Of a stretch of 64,000 nucleotides of DNA, positions 56,749 through 64,000 are shown piece after piece; the stretch's first letter is position 1; each line of letters starts with the position of its first letter. The translations under genes were made by a program, and so were the position numbers. The stretch is from Candidatus Micrarchaeota archaeon (GTDB lineage: Archaea > Micrarchaeota > Micrarchaeia > Anstonellales > Bilamarchaeaceae). Location: positions 12,222 to 76,221 of the forward strand of contig JBFLYM010000001.1 of the NCBI GenBank assembly GCA_040757035.1. The letters run 5' to 3'. Below the pieces are notes generated by a model. That model saw only the letters and a list, made by a program, of their open reading frames with translations, was not told the origin of the DNA and searched no databases.

Positions 56749-56943
56749 GGGGGAGGGTCAGGATGATATGACAAACCAATAAAGTAATTCAGAAAGTACC
56801 GAAGAATTACCGTGTGTTGGTTTGTTATATGTTCATGAACGAATCGTCGTTCATGACACCTCAAACTGTTCAAAACTGTTTGAGCACGTGCCTAAAAACC
56901 CTCAACCAGTTTTGGAGGGGGCACTCCCCTCCGCGGTTCGGTT
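56749..56943 (-). repeat. Family-A structured repeat, long form (copy A4). Its terminus overlaps the TFB stop codon. A further fragment lies at about 56622-56650.
   Basis: Near-identical to A3 (gggggagggtcaggatgatatgacaaaccaa…ccgcggttcggtt). The upstream AT hairpin cttttagaaaaagaaaaagg mirrors the A1/A2 spacer. The partial copy is tttgagcacccacctaaaaaac. Confidence 0.6.
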
Positions 56944-57850
56944 AGAGGTTGATCTTTAAGCCAAGCTCTTTTTTAAGTTCTCTATAGCGATTTCTTATTG
57001 TAACCTCAGTTACACCTGCCACATCTGCAACCTCCTTTTGAGTGCGCTTTTCGTCGTGCATTGCGCTTGCGATATAAAGCGCTGCTGCAGCAACACCAGT
57101 AGGTCCTCGGCCTGAAATAAGCCCTTTTTTCATAGATTTTTTAATTAATTTTATCGCATCTTCTTGTATTAGAGGTCCAAGTTTGAGCGCAGAAGCAAAT
57201 TTTGAAACATATTGACTTGGATCTGTAAGCGGAATTGGTACATCCAACTCGAGTTTTATAAATCGATATGCCCTACCAATTTCTTTTTTTTCTATTCCAG
57301 ATGATTTTGCTATTTCATCAAGTGTGCGCGGTATTCCGTGCATCCTACATATTGCGTAAATTACTGCCGCAACAACACTTTCAATAAGTCTTCCGCGAAT
57401 AAGTTCTTCCTTCACGATTTTTCTATAAAGAAGCGCAGTATTCTCTTTTATATTTTCAGGAAGACCGAGAGAAGATGCAATTCGATCAAGTTCTGTAAGC
57501 GCGATTGCAAGATTCCTCTCCATTGAAGTAGCTACGCTCACTCGCTTATGCCATTTTCTCATTCTATATAATTGAGCTTGTTTTTTAGGAGATATTTTTA
57601 CCCCGCGAATGTCCCGATTGTATTGATCTATTTCAGTTACGAGGCCTTTATTTGGTCTCATAAATTTTACCGGAGCGCCTCCTCTTGCTCGCTTTTCTTT
57701 CTGATCGGCATCAAACGCTCTCCACTCAGGACCAAAATCAACTAAATTTTCATTTATAATGAGTCCGCATGTTGCGCAAATTATTTCTCCTTTTTCGTAA
57801 TCTCTTATAAGTTTTTTATTATTGCATTCAGGACATTTGTTTTCAGTCAT
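56942..57850 (-). CDS. tfb: Transcription initiation factor IIB (TFB).
   Basis: N-terminal zinc ribbon CPECNN…CATCG, B-finger/linker, and two cyclin-fold repeats (…GRGPTGVAAAALYIAS…). Confidence 0.9.
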   Translation of the reverse strand: MTENKCPECNNKKLIRDYEKGEIICATCGLIINENLVDFGPEWRAFDADQKEKRARGGAPVKFMRPNKGLVTEIDQYNRDIRGVKISPKKQAQLYRMRKWHKRVSVATSMERNLAIALTELDRIASSLGLPENIKENTALLYRKIVKEELIRGRLIESVVAAVIYAICRMHGIPRTLDEIAKSSGIEKKEIGRAYRFIKLELDVPIPLTDPSQYVSKFASALKLGPLIQEDAIKLIKKSMKKGLISGRGPTGVAAAALYIASAMHDEKRTQKEVADVAGVTEVTIRNRYRELKKELGLKINL

Positions 57851-58053
57851 CCGATCTCCTCTAACTAAGTTTTTGACAAATTCAAAACAAAACAAGATTT
57901 CAAAACAAGATTTCAGATTTTTTTATATAATTTTTTAATATTTTTAAGTTCTATGAAAATTTTAGGATGTATGGGATTTATATATATTTCGGTTATACGT
58001 ATGTGTTCAATTGCGTTAAAATTGCGTTAAAATATAAAATAAGGTGAAATGGA

Positions 58054-58278
58054 ATGGCAGAAAAAAGACCTTTTGACGTTTTGAACGGTTCGCTAAATAA
58101 CACCGTTATTATAGGGCTTAAAGGTGGAGTAGAATTTCGCGGAACCATGGTAGCGTATGATGTACATATGAATATTGTGCTTGAAAAAGCCGAACAGCTT
58201 GTGAATGGTGAGGTAAAGCGTGGAGTTGGAACAGTACTTCTTAGAGGAGATAGCGTCGTATTTATTTCGCCGTCATAA
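58054..58278 (+). CDS. Sm-like archaeal protein (SmAP/LSm).
   Basis: Sm1 and Sm2 motifs: …VIIGLKGGVEFRGTMVAYDVHMNIVL…VLLRGDSVVFIS. Confidence 0.85.
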   Translation: MAEKRPFDVLNGSLNNTVIIGLKGGVEFRGTMVAYDVHMNIVLEKAEQLVNGEVKRGVGTVLLRGDSVVFISPS

Positions 58279-58373
58279 CTCGCCTCGCGAAAAAACAACA
58301 CGGGCTCAAAAAACAACACAAGCTCGTTTTGAATAGTTTCAGCTTAATATAAAGTTCTGATTTCATAGTACAC

Positions 58374-59135
58374 TTATCTTGTTTTAATCCACTCAAGAAT
58401 TGCGTTTTCAGCTGTATCAAAATCAACAAGTTTCCCAAATACTATTTGTTTAAGCTCTTTATTCCAATCATCTCTTTTCTTTTTTAAGCTATCAACAAAT
58501 TCCTGTTCTGAAAAAATTTCATCGTAATATTTAAGTTTTTTATTTATCAATTCAATGTTAAATTTTATCCCTTTATTCTTAATAAGAAAGAACAGATCAT
58601 AAACATCTCTTGGCTTTTTTCTTTTCATAATTGCTCTTATTTTTTCAGCTGCCACTTCATTAATACTCATTCCATTAATTATCTTAGTTGGTGCTTCATA
58701 TGCATCGAAATTTAGCTTTACTGAAAGACTATCTGCTACAAGATTCTCCCTTTTGCTTATTTCTACGTAGATATGGCACAAATCTATATCAGATGTGTTA
58801 AGTGGACCCTTAGCGCTCACGCGAAATGAAAAATTACAATCGCTGTTATTAATTCTTTTTAGTATATTTTCTACTCCAAACAATCTAAGTCCTTCTGAAA
58901 CTTTTGTATCTAGATCGTTTGGTAAATCTCCAATTGCCATTAAATCCACATCTTCGGAGAATCTATCAAGACCGTGAAAAAACCAGAGATATGTTCCACC
59001 TTTAAATACAAGTGGGTACTCTGAAAGTGTTACAAAAATAAAGAACTGTATGTAATGCTTCTCTTGCTGCCATGTTTTTCTATCATACAATTTTGCAATA
59101 GAGATTAATTTTTCCTTGCTTATCATTTCAACCAC
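58374..59135 (-). CDS. AbiEii/DUF1814 nucleotidyltransferase toxin (type IV toxin-antitoxin).
   Basis: …FKGGTYLWFFHGLDRFSEDVDLMA… is the nucleotidyltransferase signature of AbiEii. Overlaps the upstream antitoxin by 13 nt. Confidence 0.7.
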   Translation of the reverse strand: MVEMISKEKLISIAKLYDRKTWQQEKHYIQFFIFVTLSEYPLVFKGGTYLWFFHGLDRFSEDVDLMAIGDLPNDLDTKVSEGLRLFGVENILKRINNSDCNFSFRVSAKGPLNTSDIDLCHIYVEISKRENLVADSLSVKLNFDAYEAPTKIINGMSINEVAAEKIRAIMKRKKPRDVYDLFFLIKNKGIKFNIELINKKLKYYDEIFSEQEFVDSLKKKRDDWNKELKQIVFGKLVDFDTAENAILEWIKTR

Positions 59136-59695
59136 TCAGATATTTTCTTCTTTCCCCAACCATAAAATCGTTCTAAGTACTCATTTAGTTTCTTTTTGTC
59201 TAAATCATTATATATCTCTTTCACAACGTCTTTAGATGTAGTATCAAGATAAATTGCATCGATAATTGCTTTTTCAGGATCTGCTACAATAATATAACTA
59301 AAATCCTTTTTGTATTTTTTGTAGCCATAAAAAAGTCGTGACGGTATTTTGTAATATTTTATACCAAGCGAATTATACTCTCTGCTATTCGTTGTAGTAA
59401 CGCATTGAACATTTTTAGGTACCTGCTTGATGAGTTGATGAAACAACAATGCTGAAAATAATGATATATACGATGGTTCGATAAGCTGACTTGCGATAAC
59501 GAAATTATCACTGGTAAATGAAATTTTTCCCCGCAATACTTTTTCTGCAAGGCCCTTTTTTGTCAATCTTGTTGAGTATACTTTTGCAATTGTTTTTGGT
59601 TTATTTATAAGGTTTGCGAGTTGCTGTATTGAATAAAGTGCTCTGCCCGCTCGCTTGGCCATCTCTTTTATTTCATATAGATTCGTCTTTTTCAT
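59123..59695 (-). CDS. AbiEi-family antitoxin/transcriptional regulator (COG5340-like).
   Basis: N-terminal wHTH (…RALYSIQQLANLINKPKTIAKVYSTRLTKKGLAEKV…) and a C-terminal AbiEi_4-like domain. Immediately upstream of AbiEii. Confidence 0.65.
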   Translation of the reverse strand: MKKTNLYEIKEMAKRAGRALYSIQQLANLINKPKTIAKVYSTRLTKKGLAEKVLRGKISFTSDNFVIASQLIEPSYISLFSALLFHQLIKQVPKNVQCVTTTNSREYNSLGIKYYKIPSRLFYGYKKYKKDFSYIIVADPEKAIIDAIYLDTTSKDVVKEIYNDLDKKKLNEYLERFYGWGKKKISEWLK

Positions 59696-59700
59696 TTTTT

Positions 59701-59755
59701 ATCACATGTAAGTAACAATATTGTTACCTATATGTGATAAAACCTTTATAAAGCT
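59701..59755 (-). promoter_or_regulatory. Putative abiEi promoter plus nested palindromic operator.
   Basis: Outer inverted repeat atcacatgta…tatatgtgat enclosing the perfect palindrome gtaacaatattgttac. A TATA-like tttataaag lies about 50 nt upstream of the ATG. Confidence 0.35.
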
Positions 59756-59858
59756 TTTCTTTCATTCTGCTTCATTATTACTATGCCAAGCTACAACCTA
59801 TTGTACAGATCAGTTAGTTTTAGTAGTTTTTCCTTTACTGCCTTAAAAATTTCTGCAA

Positions 59859-62231
59859 TTAAGTCTCAAGGCAATATTTTTCGCACCCAAATGGAGGAGA
59901 ATCACAAAGTTTTTTCGCGCTATATTGACCCCATAGACTAAACAAACCCGTTTTTGCAGCATTACAGCAATTAACCTCCATTTCACCAGCATCGCACAAA
60001 TATTTGATTATGGTTTCATCTACCATTTTTTCTTCTGCGCATTTCGTATTTTTGCAATTGTCTGCATTGGCAAGCCATTTGTATTTTGCAAGAACATCGT
60101 AGCCATAATCACGCAAACAATTTTTTACGTAATCAAAAAAATCTTTATTATAACTGCAGGAGGAAGGCGCAAATGCTATATCTTTTTGAATTGCGAACAT
60201 GTCAATCCAATCTTGCTGCACATTTGACCCTTCACCATAAATCCCATACAAAGCTAAAAAAATAGAAACCCATTCTTTTTTGTTTTTATCATTTGGATTT
60301 TTTTCAACATTTATATCCAATTTATCAAGATTTGAATCAACTAACCTTCGCGCTGTTGGTAAATTGTCATTCATAAATTTATACGCATACGCGCATGCTG
60401 AATCATAAGGTCTAAATGGATTGAAATCAGGATAATCATGTTCGTTTATTTTGGATGCGCATACTTTCACAACATCTGGAAGATCTTGAGGTTTGACAGA
60501 ATACTTTTTATACACCCACCATGGATATTCAATTACTTGAATAAGCCCGTATGCGCATATCTTGTCTTGTTCTTGTTGTACTTTATAACCACAATTAGTT
60601 TCTGAATCTGAGATCTGCTTCAGTTCATATTCGTTGCAATTCTTATTTTCAATAGGAACTTCGCTCACGCTACATTCATGGAAATCGCTTTCCTGCCATG
60701 CAGCTGCGCGCAAAAGTGTAGGATCCATATCAAATTTATCTGCTGCAATTTCTATAATTGGAGAAAAACTCGTGCATTTATCCAAAGAACCAGGAAATGC
60801 TTTTATGCTATCTGGAACCTTTTCGCCTTTAACACATCCTGCACAAAAAGAAAATGGTTGCGCAGCGGTTGTCTTATATGTGTCAATGTCAATTGGTTTT
60901 ATCTCTTTATCAGAACCACCTACAAATCTTCCAAAATTTGTATTAAATGCGTAATTGCAGTTTTGCGAACCGGTTGAGAATACCAGTGGGATGATATTTG
61001 GTGCATCTCCTGCTCCATGAGTGTGATATGCTTGACAAAAACCAAAATAATTAGAAAATCTTGGTTCCATTTTAGATGGATTTTGAGGATTTGTTGCCAA
61101 AGAATTTATATCTATAAACGCATAATTTCTACTATTGTCATACTTGAGAGGACCGCCGCCATAAAAACTGTAAATAGCAGCGCCTATCACTCCATTTGAA
61201 GCAAGGTTGTTTGCATTTACATAAAGCAATGAATACCCGTTTGCAACCGAAACATCAGACCACACGCATGAACTATCCAAACTTGGCGCGGCATCAAAAA
61301 GGGCGTATGATATAATAGATGGTTTTGAATATTTGTGCAATAAAAAATTTGAAAAACTTATTCCGTAGTAAATGAGCTTGTCCGGATTACAATCATTGAA
61401 ATAATGAGAGTTTATGCCATACGCAACAACATCAACATTGTCAAACAGCGTTCGGTCAGAAAATAATTTGTTAATTGCATTATATTCGCTTGTGCCGTTA
61501 AGTTTAACCCCTAATGCAATTAAACATTTTGGACAGTTGGTTTTCATTTGCGCGATTTGATTTTTTATTATAGCGTACCGGTTTACATCACTATCGTCAA
61601 GTTCTGCTTCACTTACTATCATTGCAGGACCTGCGCCATTCAAAGTTTTAGCTATCTCTCCGGCGCGTGCGGCATCAGCGTTTTCAAAATCACTGTATAA
61701 AATATATACCGGTAAGATATTTATATCCAAAAAACACTCCGCTCTATCCTTTTCAGGAAGCGAGTATTTGAAGCCTTTGCCTCCTATCAGCCATTTTACG
61801 CTCATTTTCATAGAATTATCGCAATACGCGTTCGCATCGCTAAACGAAAGAAACGAATGGCCTGCGCCAAACATAAAATATTTTATTGATTTTTCTCCGA
61901 TATAATTTTCCGTTACAAATTTTCCATAATCTTCTTCATTGATTTGCTGAAAATCACATTGTTTATTTTTAAGCGAGCGATCAAAAAAAAGATTAAGCGG
62001 AAATACCGGAATTTTATCTTTGCATATCATTGCGATACATTGGCCTGGCGGATAGTCTTTTATATCATCATTACTGTTCAAATGAAAATTATTGGGACTG
62101 AGTGTTTCAACAAGTCCGCGTTGCTTTTGTTGCGTTGCTTGCGTGTTATCTACACAACCAAAAAAGCCGAAACCAATAATTAATAAAACTGCAAACACAA
62201 TGAACATTTTTATTTTTTTAATTTTTTTCAT
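59859..62231 (-). CDS. Large secreted Cys-rich protein with a C-terminal lysozyme-like/lytic-transglycosylase (SLT)-like segment.
   Basis: Signal peptide MKKIKKIKMFIVFAVLLIIGFGFFGC. About 45 Cys. Near the C-terminus, AAWQESDF…AYGLIQVIEYPWW resembles the SLT catalytic Glu-Ser plus GLMQ motif. Confidence 0.5.
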   Translation of the reverse strand: MKKIKKIKMFIVFAVLLIIGFGFFGCVDNTQATQQKQRGLVETLSPNNFHLNSNDDIKDYPPGQCIAMICKDKIPVFPLNLFFDRSLKNKQCDFQQINEEDYGKFVTENYIGEKSIKYFMFGAGHSFLSFSDANAYCDNSMKMSVKWLIGGKGFKYSLPEKDRAECFLDINILPVYILYSDFENADAARAGEIAKTLNGAGPAMIVSEAELDDSDVNRYAIIKNQIAQMKTNCPKCLIALGVKLNGTSEYNAINKLFSDRTLFDNVDVVAYGINSHYFNDCNPDKLIYYGISFSNFLLHKYSKPSIISYALFDAAPSLDSSCVWSDVSVANGYSLLYVNANNLASNGVIGAAIYSFYGGGPLKYDNSRNYAFIDINSLATNPQNPSKMEPRFSNYFGFCQAYHTHGAGDAPNIIPLVFSTGSQNCNYAFNTNFGRFVGGSDKEIKPIDIDTYKTTAAQPFSFCAGCVKGEKVPDSIKAFPGSLDKCTSFSPIIEIAADKFDMDPTLLRAAAWQESDFHECSVSEVPIENKNCNEYELKQISDSETNCGYKVQQEQDKICAYGLIQVIEYPWWVYKKYSVKPQDLPDVVKVCASKINEHDYPDFNPFRPYDSACAYAYKFMNDNLPTARRLVDSNLDKLDINVEKNPNDKNKKEWVSIFLALYGIYGEGSNVQQDWIDMFAIQKDIAFAPSSCSYNKDFFDYVKNCLRDYGYDVLAKYKWLANADNCKNTKCAEEKMVDETIIKYLCDAGEMEVNCCNAAKTGLFSLWGQYSAKKLCDSPPFGCEKYCLET

Positions 62232-62267
62232 AAATTTAGCCTTTTTAGTTTTTATTTTGTTGGTTTG

Positions 62268-63830
62268 CTATAACACATTAAGCGCTTTTCTATACGCTTC
62301 AACGCTTACAAGCACAATATCGGTTCCGAGCGCAGATGAAGTAAGTTCTTTATCTCCTTTCCTTACTCGCACATTCACCCGCACGCTTGCATTACTTCCT
62401 CCTGTAATCGCATCAACATGATAAGAAACAAGTTCCGCGTTTTGATTTCCAATAGCATGATCTATCGCTTTCATGGCCGCATCAACAGGACCGTTGCCCA
62501 CAGCCGCTCCAAAAACAACATCTGGTGCATCTCCAATTTTAAGTCTTACATAGGCATTTGGAGTGGTTACATTTCCCGTGCTAACGTGTATTTCTTTAAT
62601 AACTACATGTTCTCCTTTTCCGCATTCGTTTATTTTTTGAACGCATATGATAAAATCAGCATCGCTTACCTCTAAACCAAGTTCGCCGATTTCCTTAACC
62701 ATGGCCAAGAGTTCTGCTTTTTTATCATCCGCAACTTTAAGCCCAAGCTCCTTAAGTTTGAATTCTATACTTTTTTTTCCTGAAAGTTTGCCTAATGCTA
62801 TATCATGTTTTCGCCCAACAAGTTTAGGTTCAAAAAGCTGATAAAGCCAGGGATTTTTAAACATCCCATCTACGTGTATGCCAGATTCGTGTGTAAAAAC
62901 CTTTCTTCCAATTATTGGTGTATTCCACGCAGGATAAAGATTCGAATAGCCAGCGACAAGTTTGGATACTTCATATACTTTATCCAATTTTATTGTTTTT
63001 ATGTTGTAATGCAATTCAAGATTAAGTGCAACCTGCTCAAGCGAACAATTTCCAGTTCGCTCACCAAGTCCATTTATAGTAGCATGAAATTTGTCAGCAC
63101 CAGCACCAAGTGCCGCGAGTGTATTTGCAACAGCAAGTCCAGTATCATTATGTCCGTGAAATGAAAGTTCCATATTAAATTTACTTTTATCGTTTTTATT
63201 GTCTTGATCAAGTTCACGTTTTAAGCATTTATAAAGAGAGTATGTTTTTTCCGGGGTTAGTACACCTACGGTGTCGCATATGCAGAATGCTTCAATTCCG
63301 ATTTGTTTCGCACTCAATGCAACATCGCAAAGAAATTTGAAGTCAGCTCTGCTTCCATCTTCGGCCATGAGTTCTACGACGAGTCCGCGCTCTTTTGCAT
63401 ATTGAGCGCTTTTTATTATTTCTTTAAGCGCTCGTTCCTTGCTCATTTTTAATTTTTCAGCGATATGCAAATCAGAACCTGGAAAAACAAGTCCAACGAC
63501 ATCTGCATTGGCTTCTACCACGGCATCTATATCCATGTTTACTATTCTTGCAAAAGAACCTATTTTTGCGTTTAATCCGAGACCAACTATTTCATTTATT
63601 GTTTTGATTTCAGATTTGCTGTTTACAGCAGTTCCTGCCTCTATTATACTCACTCCTATTTCGTCCAATTTCTGCGCTATCGCTATTTTTGCTCCCTGCG
63701 AAAATCTCACACCAGGTGTTTGTTCACCGTCTCTGAGTGTAGTATCAAACACGCTTATTTTAGGTGCGAAACTTAATCGTTGCGTTTCTAAATCAAGATT
63801 CATAGCGTAATCACTCTTATTCCCATCCAA
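62268..63830 (-). CDS. leuA: 2-isopropylmalate synthase / (R)-citramalate synthase family (LeuA/CimA).
   Basis: …FDTTLRDGEQTPGV…HGHNDTGLAVANTLAALGAGA…INGLGERTGN… DRE-TIM metallolyase domain plus a C-terminal LeuA-dimer domain. Confidence 0.85.
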   Translation of the reverse strand: MDGNKSDYAMNLDLETQRLSFAPKISVFDTTLRDGEQTPGVRFSQGAKIAIAQKLDEIGVSIIEAGTAVNSKSEIKTINEIVGLGLNAKIGSFARIVNMDIDAVVEANADVVGLVFPGSDLHIAEKLKMSKERALKEIIKSAQYAKERGLVVELMAEDGSRADFKFLCDVALSAKQIGIEAFCICDTVGVLTPEKTYSLYKCLKRELDQDNKNDKSKFNMELSFHGHNDTGLAVANTLAALGAGADKFHATINGLGERTGNCSLEQVALNLELHYNIKTIKLDKVYEVSKLVAGYSNLYPAWNTPIIGRKVFTHESGIHVDGMFKNPWLYQLFEPKLVGRKHDIALGKLSGKKSIEFKLKELGLKVADDKKAELLAMVKEIGELGLEVSDADFIICVQKINECGKGEHVVIKEIHVSTGNVTTPNAYVRLKIGDAPDVVFGAAVGNGPVDAAMKAIDHAIGNQNAELVSYHVDAITGGSNASVRVNVRVRKGDKELTSSALGTDIVLVSVEAYRKALNVL

Positions 63831-64000
63831 TTTTCTTTATTAGTTTTTTCTTTTTGGGGTGACACTATGTGACTAACCCCGTAAAACGGGGCATCGCCCT
63901 TTATGTTGCGCATATCGGGCGATGTGCCAACCAGGAAAAGGCGCAAATGCTATCAGCATTTACCTACCTCTTAAAATAGGTGGCATTAGTCAACACAGTG

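Noticed and set aside
1-64000. CRISPR array, cas genes, integrase, transposase or prophage.
   Set aside because: I found no regularly spaced direct repeats of 25-40 nt with unique spacers. No ORF carries recombinase, transposase, capsid or terminase motifs. The only repeated DNA belongs to the two hairpin families and the tRNA fragment.

Overview
This window looks like a low-GC archaeal chromosome segment, probably a reduced-genome (DPANN-like) lineage. The evidence is leaderless AT-rich promoters, tRNAs with non-canonical introns, and core archaeal information-processing genes (aEF-2, aIF2beta, aIF1A, TFB, SRP54 plus a candidate SRP RNA, FEN1, Sm, MBF1, Pth2).

Main blocks:
- Translation operon on the minus strand: S12-S7-EF2-L10e.
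- Riboflavin cluster on the minus strand: ribB, a fused riboflavin synthase-lumazine synthase ORF, and bacterial-type ribA. CTP-dependent ribK lies about 38 kb further along the window.
- Truncated ribosomal-protein operon S17 to L15. It includes a 52-aa zinc-type S14 that the ORF track missed.
- tRNA-Phe with a canonical intron, followed by a duplicated tRNA 3' fragment and LigT.
- Pentose-phosphate trio rpe-tktN-tktC.
- leuA/cimA at the right edge.

Most unusual observations:
- Two interspersed families of structured, hairpin-rich repeats. Family A sits exactly at the stop codons of three genes. Family B is MITE-like, carries nested internal deletions, and sits in 5' regions.
- Two more intron-containing tRNAs (Gly-UCC and Val-GAC), each with a non-canonical intron position and an unusual TCCGA T-loop.
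- A tandem pair of cytoplasmic Cys-rich paralogs built from a 12-residue repeat.
- An uncharacterised three-gene membrane operon.
- Large secreted Cys-rich proteins with hydrolase-like and lytic-transglycosylase-like domains.
- An AbiEi/AbiEii toxin-antitoxin pair with a palindromic operator.
- A stand-alone HerA/VirB4-like ATPase.

No CRISPR array, integrase or transposase is detectable.
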